Part shown: positions 50,025 to 62,134 of the stretch, one piece after another
How positions within the stretch are numbered: position 1 is the first letter of the stretch
How the letters are laid out: the number at the start of each line of letters is the position of its first letter
Assembly: GCF_963921235.1 (NCBI RefSeq)
Contig: NC_086097.1
Span: 10,664,001 to 10,728,000, forward strand
DNA: 64,000 nt
Direction: 5' to 3'
From: Mobula hypostoma
Taxonomy: Eukaryota
The notes under the pieces: model-generated
The model's database searches: none
What the model was told of the DNA's origin: nothing
The model's input: only the letters and a program-made list of their open reading frames with translations
Translations under genes and position numbers: made by a program

Positions 50025-50415
50025 TTCGGGTAGGTGGAGCTCATCAGCCTGGGAAGGTAGTCCATCTAAGAGAGGGAAAACTCTGATTTCAAACCTCCGC
50101 TGCCTTGTGGCCATACCCACTCATGGGAAAGGCTTCGGGAGTAAACTCTGAGGACAAATCCGGACCTGGAGTCCCTAAGGTAGTCCGACATTCCCCTCAA
50201 CCTCATTCTGGCAACTCCTGCGACAACACTGGTGCCAAGCTGTATCGGCCCTTGCCCTTCCCTTCGACAACATCGGTGTCGTGGAGAGGGGAGACTTGCT
50301 GCATGGGCATCTGCCGGTCTTCCATAAAACCTTGCCCAAGGCTGCACCCTGGAGTGGACAAGACTTTCCAGGCACAGATCCATGGTCTCGCGAGACGAAC
50401 GGATGACATCAATCA
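50025..50415 (+). mobile_element. Non-autonomous RTE-type element
   Basis: 13-bp TSD AGTTAATAGTGTT (50012-50024 / 50416-50428); RTE 5'UTR-like GAGAGGGAAAACTCTGATTTCAAACC. Confidence 0.8.
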
Positions 50416-50864
50416 AGTTAATAGTGTTATCCCTATGCCACTCAGTTAGCCACTCCCACATGGGAGGAGTTCACATCCTGTACAAGAAGAGTTATCAGTA
50501 AAGTTCAGTTGAATATCCTGCAAGCTGGTGTACTGGTGTGCTCTGCACCCTCCCTCAATAATGAACACAGCATATTCCTTATCTTTACAAGCTCACGAGA
50601 TCTGAATACCCCCAAGAACATGATTAGAGTCCTTCATTGCACTGCAAGAATTCTTCCCTGACAATGTAGTACCCTGCCTGAGCTACCACTCCTACACAAG
50701 CAGATGAACTTTCCATTATGTTTCTTGTTATCATATTTTTACCTTGTCCACTGTAAACTCCATCTCTCTATTCTGTTCCGACTATGATGAGGGTCAAACA
50801 GCCTGGACTCCCTAGGAACTCTCTTGCTTATAACTGGAGCATTTCTTTGACCAGCACTCTAAAT

Positions 50865-51315
50865 CCAAAACCCTACGATATAGGAATGGAATTTGGCCAT
50901 TTGAGTCTTCTTGACTATTCCATCATGGCTGGTTTACTATCCATTCTACTGCCTTCTTCCCTTAACCTTTGACACCCTTATTAATGAAGAACCTGTCAAC
51001 CTCCACTTTAAATATACCCAAAGACTTGCCTCCATAGCAATGAATTCCACAGATTCACCATCCTCCTTCATATCTCCATTCCAAATGGAAGTCCCTCTAT
51101 TCTGAGGCTGTGACCTCTGGTCATAGACTTCCCTACTAGTGGAAACACCATCTCTCTATCCACTCTATCAAAGTCTGACAATATCTGTATGGTTCAATAA
51201 GATCACCCCTCATTCCTCTAAACTGCAGCGACTACAGGCTCACAGCCATCAAATAAATGCACGTCCCACAGTAACACTCTTATTCCTGGAATCACCTCCT
51301 TGAACCTCCTCTGAA
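50865..51315 (-). mobile_element. Old CR1 3' fragment
   Basis: Homologous to 18770-19250 and 34020-34490. Confidence 0.75.
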
Positions 51316-51644
51316 ATCCGCATACATTTTCTTTACCATCCCCCGCCCCCCACCACACTCCAAAGAACTAAGTTGAGCTTCTCGAGTTTTCTCTTCCATC
51401 CCTTCAACATGTTCTAGGCCATCTCCAACACACCTCTCTGCACTCTAACTCACTTTAAATCATGCAATTGAAATATATCCTACACCTTCCTTCAGATGGA
51501 TGAAATTTGTCCCTACCCACCTTGTTCGAGTTTTTCCTATTCCACAGACATTTGGCCTTGAAGTTGCCTAGTCCTCAAAGGACAGATGGAATAAAGTATC
51601 TCTGCCATTAAACCTGACAGAATATCTCCAGGCATGGCCATGTA

Positions 51645-52437
51645 CTTTATTCATTTTATTTTAAAGGTACAGCATAGAACAGGCCCTTCTGGCTCAAAGA
51701 GCCACACCGCCCAGCCCATCGATCTAACGCTAGCCTAATCATGGGACAATTTACAATGACCAGCTAACTTACTAACCGGTGTATCTTTGGACAGTGGGAG
51801 TAAACGGAGCTCCTGGAGGAAACTCACACGGTCTTTGGGAGAATGTACAGACCCCAGACGAAAGAAAGAGATTAAAAAGGCAGAGTAAGAATGCTGGGGG
51901 AGGAGAGGAGAGGAAGAAGTAGGTAGTAGGTGGTAGGTGAAACTGGGAGAGGGGGAGTGGAGAAGTAAAGAGCTGGCAAGTCAAGCGGTGAAAGAGATAA
52001 AGGATTAGAGAAGTGGGTATCTGATGGGAGAAGACAGAAATCCATGGAAGAAAGAGAAGGGGAGGAGTACTAGGGCAGGTAAGGAGATAAGGTGAGAGAG
52101 GGAAATGGGAATGGGGAATGATGAAGGAGAAGGGCAATTACCAGAAGATAGAAAAATCAATTTTCACACCATCAGGCTGGAAGGTTACCCTGATGAAATA
52201 TAAAGTGTTGCTCCTCCAACCTGAGTTTGGCCTCATCGCGACAGTATGTGAGGCCACAGACTGACATACTTGAACAGGAATGGGAAGCAGAATTGAATTT
52301 GGTAATTTTGCGATTACTTTGAATTTTAGCATCTGCAGATTTTTTCTTGTCTGTGATTAGGCTGGGTGGGTTGCAGGGCAGTGCAGCTCATTAGAAGGGC
52401 CTATTCCACACTGTATCTCTAAATTTAAAAAAAATAA
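51645..52437. mobile_element. Composite: HE1-like SINE (-), PLE end (-, 51855-52300), PLE terminus (+), SINE tail (+)
   Basis: Antisense V domain at 51790-51830; antisense EEQHFIFHQGNLPA / DGVKIDFS at 52140-52220; GAAGGGCCTATTCCACACTGTATCTCTAAA at 52394. Confidence 0.7.
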
Positions 52438-53999
52438 TATCAGCTTTACAGTTTAATAGTCCCCACTATATATTGCCCATTGATTGGAATGCAAATTGGG
52501 GAAATGATAATCTATAATTGGCATTAAAATCTCATTTTCAATCGCTCCTAAATTGCATGACCTGACATTGACAAATAATGCACTATAGTGTTTTGGCATT
52601 TAAAAGCAAACGGGGGGATTAGCATAACTGAGCAGATGTCCTGCTTTGCTGGTGTACCCCTAGGGGTGTTGTCTGTGTTATGTTTGTTGATGCTTAGTGC
52701 TTCACAGCTTTAATTAATGCATGCAACACACATTGCAAAAAAAAATCACTAAAAGCATTCCAAAATTTGGCATTACTTGCCATCTCAGAAGAAGAAAATA
52801 ATGAACAATTTCAAGCCATAATTTGAGGTTATTGTGAATGTTCCCAATGAATTTCCTTCTTTAATTCTGCTACTTAAGTTTACCTCAGTAAATGTGGCAG
52901 TACAGGACATCTATCCTCATCTGTATGGATATGCTTCCTCCGCGATTGTGATGTTGACCAGATACTTGTGAAAGGCACTGACAATAAGCCTTAGAAAAGC
53001 ACACGTGGTACTTTGGAGATATATTAATAGACCTGCCTATAACTCTTCCAGCATTCAAAGGTGACACATCATTACTGGTTGAAAAGAGAGTTTCTTCCCC
53101 CCATTCTGAACTTGACAGGGACCTGACTATCCCTGAGGATTAATGGCAGTATTGTTACAGAGGCATCAGTATGCTGAACTATTTTTTTTCCTAATTCAAT
53201 CCTCAGCAAGCTTTTCAGTATTCCAGTCGTATATTGTTTTGCTAATTTGGAATCTAATCAGCATCAGTACAAATTGGGACTGTCAGCCCTCTTGAATCTT
53301 TATCTTAAGAGAACAAGAAAAGAAAGTACAATAATTATATTAGTCCAGTATGAAATCTTGCCTTTAGCCTCAATAAAAAATGACCACACTCTTGTGTTCA
53401 TAACACATTTCATTGCATCTACCCTGTTCAATAATGGACAGTTATATTCTTCTATGAAGGAGCAGCATCATTCTGTTCATGATTTTCAATATCATAAGGG
53501 GATATTTATTTACATCCTTCTGAGCTTTGCAGTTCTCCATCGAACCATTGAAATGAGGTGTGTCAACACTTTTTTACAAGGTAAAATAGGTCATTGTGTA
53601 GCAGTTCAAATATTAAATGTGTTGGAGGTGCACAAGTGAGATGCAGAGTTCAGACAGAAATACACTGTTCTGGCTTTTTCATATTCCAGGCAGGTTTAAA
53701 AGCTCCACCATGAATCAATTGCTTCAAATGTATCAGCAATAAAAAGCAGACAAAGTCATTCTTATCTACAGTGTAGTTTAAATCCACTGTGGAAAAAGAT
53801 CAGGAGACAGTAAATTAGATGTGTTTCATTCACAGGGTGGAGCACATGCAGAAATAATTAATAGTCTAACCAGTCCTCCATGCTAATAACGTGCGCTGAG
53901 AGATCACGCAATTAATACAAATTGACACATAAATCAACTGAGTTCTGACCACCCACTTAGATACCACATTTTTTTATTGTGCTGCCTTCTTTTTGTTTG

Positions 54000-54202
54000 T
54001 GTCAGTGGTGTAGTGGCATCTGCCCCAGATTTCAGAACGAAAGGTCCCGCGTTTGAATGCAGCCGGTTCCTTTCATGGGTTCTCCACTTGCAATGGGTTG
54101 AGCATCAAGCTAGCAACTTGGTTTCATAAAAGAGACGAATGTTAATGAAATGGCAAGGTTGCAACCCAATGCGCCAAATTGACGTTGGGAGGAACTACCA
54201 CC
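54000..54202 (+). mobile_element. tRNA-derived SINE
   Basis: A box TGGTGTAGTGG, B-box-like GTTTGAATGC; homologous to 36385-36592. Confidence 0.65.
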
Positions 54203-54473
54203 TTTTCATGGGTACACAGCGGAGACCGTGAGATGCTATAAATTTTTACAACCCTGTGCACTTTTTTACTGTGCCTAATTGATAGATTGACCAGAGACAT
54301 CTAATAAGTTATATTTTCAAATCTATCCTCTTCATTTGAAATACATCAAATGCAAGAAAGGTGCATCTTCCTTCTTTCTTCTCCAGCTTTGACCCCTCTC
54401 ACACAACTGGTTTCAAGTATCACCTTCCAAATTAGCCTCTTTCCCCTTTCCTACATTCTTATTCTAGCATCTC

Positions 54474-54509
54474 AGTCCTGAAGAAGGGTGTCAGCCTGAA
54501 ACGTTGACT
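54474..54509 (+). ncRNA. Minimal hammerhead ribozyme motif in a PLE end (~54360-54608), intact core
   Basis: AGUC-CUGAAGA-AGG(GUGUCAG)CCU-GAAA-CGUU^GACU; palindrome AACGUU. Confidence 0.7.
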
Positions 54510-55029
54510 GTTTACTCTTTTCCACAGGTGCTGCTTGAACTCTGAGTTCCTTCAGCATTTTGTATGAGTTGCTTTGGATTTCCAGCATCTGCAGATGTTC
54601 TCGTGTTTGTGTTCTCTTTAATTTAACTCCTTTCTTACTGGGTGGTTTCCTGCCACCAGGCAGGTTACACAGAGGACTCATTAGACTCCACCGACCCCTC
54701 GGTTAATGGTAGATGTCCATGGCATAAAAAAGGTTGGGAATCCGGCCGTAGAGCATGAGAAAAATATATTAATGATCCAGAGACATGTGTTTGAATTTCC
54801 CAATGTCAGCCTAGAAATGTAAATTGAATCGGTTGCATAGATAAACTAGAAACCAAATAGCAATTGAAAAAATATTAAATTGTTCCAAAAAAGGGACCAC
54901 TTCACTAGTATCTTTTAGGGAGAGGTAACTAGATACATTAACTGTAACAGTTTTAGTCCTTCTGTGAAAATGGCGTTTTTGACTCCCAATACCAACTATC
55001 TTGTTGGCAAACATACAGTCTCTAGTAAA

Positions 55030-57743
55030 TAAAATTGAAGATCTCAGAGCTAGAGTGCTGTATCAAAGGGGCATTAGGACCACCTGCATCCTTTTAATCC
55101 TGATTAACCCCTTCCATACCGGACGCAGCGATTCAGATTGATGGGTTCACTATACACCGTCAGGATAAGACTGTCGAGTCTCTCAAAAGCAGAGGTCAAG
55201 ATGGTAGTGCTGTACAAATGTATCAGTGCTGTCCCAATTCTGCTCACCAGACTTGGAATATATCAAAATTAAGTACTGTCCATTTTATCTGCCATGGTAG
55301 ATTTCTGCAATCATTTTAGTAGCGCTGTGCTCTCCACCTCAGGCCAACGTCAAACAGCACTGGAATTAACCTGCACAAAACAGCACACCCTGACAGCTTC
55401 ACTATTATTTTGGTGGATTTTAACTAGGCCAGCTTGAAAAAGCCACTAAATACCTTTCTATCAATAAATCACTTGTAGTACCAAAGGAAACAACACGCTG
55501 GACTACTGTTACACCACCATCAAGAATGCTTACCATGCTATCCATACCCTCACTTCAGGAAGTCTGATCACCTGGCTGTACTTCTACTCCCTGAGCATAG
55601 GCAGAGACTGAAGACTGCAGCACCAATAGTGAGGTCCAAGAAGGTATGGACAAGGGAAGCACAGGAGTTCTTACAGGATTACTTTGAATCAGTAGACTGG
55701 ACTATATTCAGGGATTAATCTTCAAATCTGGATGAGTATGCTACAGTTGTTACCAGCTTCATTAAAACCAGTGTGGATGAATGTGTGCCTACAAAGACTC
55801 ACTGTACATTCCCAAACCAAAAGCTCTGGATGACTTAATAGGTTTCTCGCCTGCTGAGGGCTAGACCTGTGGCATTTAGGTCTGGTGACACAGGTCTGTA
55901 CAAGAAGACCAGGTATGACTTGCGGAGAGCTACTTCAAGAGCAAAGAAACAATTCTGAGCAAGGTTGAATGCACATCAATTCTGGTAGGGTTTACAGGAC
56001 ATTTCTTTCTACAACATGAAACCCAATAGCACGAATGGCAGTGATGCTTCACTGCCAAATGAGATCAATGCTTCTATGCCTGTTTTGAAAGGTAGAATAT
56101 AACTACTGCTGTGAAGATTCCTGCTGGACCCTGTAACTCTGTGATGTCTGTGTTGGAGGCCGATGTTAAGGAGCGTGAACCCTCGCAAGGTGGCAGGCCC
56201 CAATGGAATATGTGGTAAGGCTGTGAAATCTTATGCCAACCAACTGGCAGGAGTATTCAAGGACGTTTTCAACCTCTCACTGTTACGGCTAGAATTTCCC
56301 ACATGCTTCGAAAAGGCAACAATTATACCAGTGCCAAAGAAGAGCAGTGTGAGCTGCCTTAATGACTATCACCAAGTAACACTCCCATCTACAGTGATGA
56401 AATGCTTTGAGATGTTGATCATGACTAAACTGAACTCCTGCCTCAGCAAGGACCGGACCCCACTGTAATTTGCCTATTGTCACAATAAGTCTATGGCAGA
56501 TGCAATCTCAATGGATCTTCATGCGGCCTGAGACCACCTGGACAGAACAAGTACCTATGTCTGGATGTTGTTTGTTGACTATAATTCAGTGTGTAAAACC
56601 ATTGATAAATCACAGAACCTGGACCTCTACACCTCCCTCTGAAAATGGATCCTCAACTTCTAACTGAAAGACCAAAATACTTGACTTCCAAACTGGAAAA
56701 CCGCACTCTCTGTGGATTGAAGATAATATCTCCTCCTCACTGATGATCAACACTGGAGCACCTCAGGGATGTGTGCTTAGCCCACTACTCCACTGCTTCT
56801 GTACCCATGACTGTATGGCTAGGTATAGCTCAGATACCATTTATAAATTTGCTGATGATGCAACCATTGTTGCTGGAATTGCAGATGAAGATGAGAGGAT
56901 GTACAGGAGCAGGATATACCAGCTAGTTGAGTGGTCTCGTAGCAACAACCTTGCACACAATGTCAGTAAGACGACAGAGCTGAGTGAGGACTTCAAGAAG
57001 GGTAAGACAAGGAAACATGAACCAATCTTCATAGAGAGATCAGAAGTGCAGAGAGTAAGCAATTTCAGGTTCCTTGGGGGGGCCAAGATCTCTGAGGATT
57101 TACCTGTTCCAAACGTATCATTGAAGCTATAAAGAAGGCAAGACAGCAGCTATATTTCATTAGGAGTCTGAAGAGATTTGGTCTGTCACCTAAACCACTT
57201 GAAAATTTCTATAGACGTACTGTGGAGAGCATTCTGACAAGCTGTATTACTGTCTGGTAAGGGGCGTGCGGGAGGGCAACTTCACAGGACCGAAAGAAGC
57301 TGTGGAAAGCTGTAAAATTAGGCAGATCCCTCTTGGGTACTAGCCTCTGTAGTTTCCAAGACATCTTCAAAGAGCAGTGCTTCAGAAAGGTGACATCCAT
57401 TATTAAGGACACCCATCACCCAGAGAATGCCCTCTTCTCATTGTAACCATCAGGAAGGAGGTTCAGAAGCCTGAAGACACACACTCAGCGATTCAGGTAT
57501 AACTTCTTGCCCTCTGCCATATGATTCCTCAAAGGATATTGAACCCATGGACACTACCTCACTTTTTTAAAATATATGTTACTCCTGTTTTTGCACTATT
57601 TTTAATCTATTTTACATGTATATATATACTTACTGTAATTGAATTACCTATTTATTTTTCTTTCTGTGCTATCATGTACTGCACTGAACTGCTGCTGTTA
57701 AGTTAACAATTTTCATATCACATGCCAGTGATAGTAAACCTGA
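55030..57743 (+). mobile_element. Near-complete Rex/Babar LINE (APE + RT + 3' UTR), disrupted
   Basis: APE TLDYCYTTIKNAYHA..FRKSDHLAVLL; RT VNPRKVAGPNG..CLNDYHQVTL..MKCFE; NTGAPQGCVLSPLL..YKFADD. Confidence 0.92.
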
Positions 57744-57745
57744 GG

Positions 57746-58131
57746 AACACTCACAATGCACTGGAGGAACTCAGCAGGTCAGTCAGCATCAGTTGAAAAG
57801 ATTAGTCGACATTTTGGGCCGAAACCCTTCGTCAGGACTGAAGGAAGAACTTTGGGGAGGGTTTGAAGAATGCTGGTAGTTGAAAAAAAACAGTAATTTG
57901 AAAGACAAAGGGGTGGGGGAGGGGAAGCAGGGAGGTGATTGGCAGGAGAACAATAGTAGAAGGAGGCAGAACTATGAGGGAGGTGATGTGAAATAGAGAT
58001 AGAGGAAGGGAGGGGGAGGGAATTACCGGAAGTTGGAGAATTCTGTGTTCATACCAAGGGGCTGGAGACCACCTAGACGGTATATGAGGTGTTGCTCCTC
58101 CAACCTGAGTTTAGCCTTATCATGGCAGTAG
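57746..58131 (-). mobile_element. PLE 3' end (family of 7575-7992) with degenerate hammerhead at 57804-57839
   Basis: Antisense LEEQHLIYRLGGLQPLGMNTEFSNFR; the GAAA core is mutated to AAAA. Confidence 0.85.
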
Positions 58132-58139
58132 TACTGAGG

Positions 58140-59021
58140 AAACTGAGATTCTGCAGAGAGACTTGGATAGATTGGAAGAATGGGCAAAGAAGTGGCAAAT
58201 AAAGTATAATGTTGGAAAGTGTATGGTTATGCACTTTGGCAGAAAAAATAAACGGGCAGACTATTATTTAAATGGGGAAAGAATTCAAAGTTCGGAGATG
58301 CAACGGGACTTGGGAGTCCTCATACAGGATACCCTTAAAGCCAACCTCCAGGTTGAGTCAGTAGTGAAGAAGGCAAATGCAATGTTGGCATTCATTTCTA
58401 GAGGAATAGAGTATAGGAGCAGGGATGTGATGTTGAGGCTCTATAAGGCACTGGTGAGACCTCACTTGGAGTACTGTGGGCAGTTTTGGTCTCCTTATTT
58501 AAGAAAGGATGTGCTGACGTTGGACAGCGTACAGAGAAGATTCACTAGAATGATTCCGGGAATGAGAGGGTTAATATATGAGGAACGTTTGTCCGCTCTT
58601 GGACTGTATTCCTTTGGGTTTCGAAGAATGAGGGAGACCTCATAGAAACATTTCGAATGTTGAAAGACATGGACAAAGTGTATGTGGCAAAGTTGTTTCC
58701 CATGATGGCGGAGTCTAGTACGAGAGGGCATGACTTAAGGATTGAAGGGCGCCCTTTCAGAACAGAAATGCGAAGAAATTTTTTTAGTCAGAGGGTGGTG
58801 ACTCTATGGAATTTGTTGTCATGGGCAGCAGTGGAGGCCAAGTCATTGGGTGTATTTACGGCAAAGATTGATAGGTATCTGAGTAGCCAGGGCATCAAAG
58901 GTTATGATGAGAAAGCGGGGGAGTGGGAGTGAGAATGGATCAGCTCATGATAAAATGGCAGAACAGATTCGATGGGCCAAATGGCCAACTTCTGCTCCTT
59001 TGTCCTATTGTCTTATGGTCT
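58140..59021 (+). mobile_element. CR1 3' fragment
   Basis: ORFs 58163-58645 and 58657-58932; TCTTATGG tail. Confidence 0.92.
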
Positions 59022-59890
59022 AAGCTGCTGATATGTGTGTACCTCACTTGTAGTAAACTAAGTTAGACTCGCACTTTGGACTCCTGTGTTTTCCTTTGCA
59101 TTAGTTTAATATTTTGAAGTTACAGAACATAGCAGTAAGGCTGTCTGAAATGTTATGATGAGCTGTCAGGGTTGGAGCCGTTGTAGTACCTTAGCAGTGA
59201 ATACCTCTTCAGAGACTCCTAAAGCGTATGCTCACCTTAGACCATCAGATGTCTAGTCAGAGTTGGTTGTAAGTGTCTCAGGCCCCTGAGGCAGTTGCTA
59301 GCCTGAGAATCAGAAATACAGAGCAATACCTGCCCCAGATTCTGAGTCTGCAGACGGGTAATTGGTCCTCTGACCTGCCGCCTGTGTGTTGTAGTGCAAG
59401 AATGGCTATGCTCCTGGCCTCTGATATCAGGAGCAGGTTGGCAGGAAGTCTGCAGCCTGAACACCTGAGAGCAGTGATAAGCAGCAAACTGTTGCTGGCA
59501 ATAGGCATCTAGCGATCGTTCACATGACATTGTTATCATTAGCTTGGTTTGTTTGCTCCAGGTCTGCCTGCATTCAGAAGGTTCACAAGCAGAACCTTGG
59601 ATAGGTACTTGGGAGGTGTATGGGGGGGTGGGGGGTGACTGCAGTCAGACAAGCAGATCAATAAGACGAAGCAGTTAAAGTGGTTTGGCAGAGACTAGAT
59701 GGGCCGAATAACCTGTTTCTGTGCTGTAGTTTTCTGTGGTTCTATGCAATTGCCAAAACAACAGCATAAAATTTTAGGAATTTTGTACATGTGGTGATAT
59801 CAGCATGGCAAAATATGAGGGCTCCTCTGCTAAAGGTGTAGATTGAAGTAAACTCACGATCTACAATCTGAGGGAGGCTAATGCTACATT

Positions 59891-59992
59891 TCAGAATCAG
59901 GTTTATTATCATCGGCATGTGTTGTGAAATTTGTTAACATAGCAGCAGCAGTTCAATGCAATACATGATATAGAAGAAAAAGAACAAAATAA

Positions 59993-60027
<35 letters not shown>

Positions 60028-60258
60028 GATCAGTTACAGTATACGTATATAGAATAGTTTAGTAATAAATATTTAAAAAGTGAAGTAGTATCCAAGGGTT
60101 CAATGTCCATTTAGGAATCGAATAGCAGAGGGGAAGGAACTGTTCCTGAATAGCTGAGTGTGTGCCTTCAGGTTTCTGTATCTCCTACCTGATGGTAACA
60201 GTGAGAAAAGGGCATGTCCTGGGTGCTGGAGGTCCTTAATAATGGACGCTGTCTTTCT
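59891..60258 (-). mobile_element. Rex-type 3' fragment containing an (AAT)n microsatellite
   Basis: TCAGAATCAGGTTTAT tail; antisense SIIKDLQHPGHALFSLLPSGRRY. Confidence 0.8.
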
Positions 60259-61081
60259 GCTGCTGTGTTCAGACTGTTACCAGAAGCAGACTGCGGACTG
60301 AATACAAGGTCCCTGTGCCAAGTGTAGATCTCTACTGAGGCCAAATAACCCCACATTGTCTGTCCTTGTACAACTCACCTCCGAGGCACTGTTATCCTTT
60401 ATTGCTGGTCAGAGGGCTGTTGGACAATGAGGAAGCTGGTCTGCATGTTAAGGGAACAGAATGAGAGAGGAAGACTGCAAGGCTTTTGTTGACTAGGGCA
60501 TAGAATTCATGCTGGCCATCTCTAACAATAAAAGAAGTTAACCATGCCATTTTGGCTCTTATTGCCATTACCTCAATTATTGTGACTTTATGATTTCAAG
60601 GCTTAATACCCTGTGACTCACAAGGCCTGAGAGAGAGTGCAAGGTGAAGCATGGTTCTGTATTGTATTTTCATTCTCTGCGGGCACTCCCCTCCCAACTT
60701 CACTGAAATCCACATTATCATCTGTATTCCTCCCCTCTTATTCTGAAGTTTATTCATTTCCTACACTGCCCAATTCTGAGCAGCACACACAAAATGCATC
60801 AGGTCATGCAACCTCCAGAGAGGGAAAGAAACACTCCACATTTCAGTCTGATACCCTTGAACAGATGGTATATTGTTTCAAAACTGAAACGTTAATTCTT
60901 TTGCTCTTTTCACAGATGCCACTTGACCTTCTGAAAGTTTTCAACATTTTTGTTCAGGAATAAAAATTGTGTAGAAAACTCCAACTTCAATTTAGAATTT
61001 TAAATCACATAATTTTATTTTATTAATATATTCAAAGTACCACCAGATCAATGCTTATTATATTCAGTGTAATAACTTGGT

Positions 61082-62074
61082 ATAGAAACATAGAAACATA
61101 GAAAATAGGTGCAGGAGTAGGCCATTCGGCCCTTCGAGCCTGCACCGCCATTTATTATGATCATGGCTGATCATCCAACTCAGAATCCCGCCCCAGCCTT
61201 CCCTCCATACCCCCTGACCCCCGTAGCCACAAGAGCCATATCTAACTCCCACTTAAATATAGCCAATGAACTGGCCTCAACTGTTTCCTGTGGCAGAGAA
61301 TTCCACAGATTCACCACTCTCTGTGTGAAGAAGTTTTTCCTCATTTCGGTCCTAAAAGGCTTCCCCTCTATCCTCAAACTGTGGCCCCTCATTCTGGACT
61401 TCCCCAACATCGGGAACAATCTTCCTGCATCTAGCCTGTCCAATCCCTTTAGGATCTTATACGTTTCAATCAGATCCCCCCTCAATCTTCTAAATTCCAA
61501 CGAGTACAAGTTCATCCAGTCTTTCTTCATATGAAAGTCCTGCCATCCCAGGAATCAATCTGGTGAACCTTCTTTGTACTCCCTCTATGGCAAGGATGTC
61601 TTTCCTCAGATTAGGGGACCAAAACTGCACACAATACTCCAGATGTGGTCTAACCAAGGCCTTGTACAACTGCAGAAGTCCCTCCCTGCTCCTGTACTCG
61701 AATCCTCTCGCTATAAATGCCAGCATATCATTCGTCTTTTTCACCGCCTGCTGTACCTGCATGCCCACTTTCAATGACTGGTGTATAATGACACCCAGGT
61801 CTCGTTGCACCTCCCCTTTTCCTAATCGGCCACCATTCAGATAATAATCTGTTTTCCTATTTTTGCCACCAAAGTGAATAACTTCACATTTATCCACATT
61901 AAATTGCATCTGCCATGAATTTGCCCACTCACCCAACCTATCCAAGTCACCCTGCATCCTCTTAGCATCCTCCTCACAGCTAACACTGCCACCCAGCTTT
62001 GTGTCATCAGCAAACTTGGAGATGCTGCATTTAATTCCCTCATCCAAGTCATTAATATATATTGTAAACGACTG
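61082..62074 (-). mobile_element. Young CR1 3' fragment
   Basis: Near-identical to the reverse complement of 27484-28478; a small deletion near 61512 frameshifts it. Confidence 0.95.
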
Positions 62075-62134
62075 TATGTATAACACTATGCTGAATGAGA
62101 TATTAAATGGAATATAACCAATGCAAATAACATA

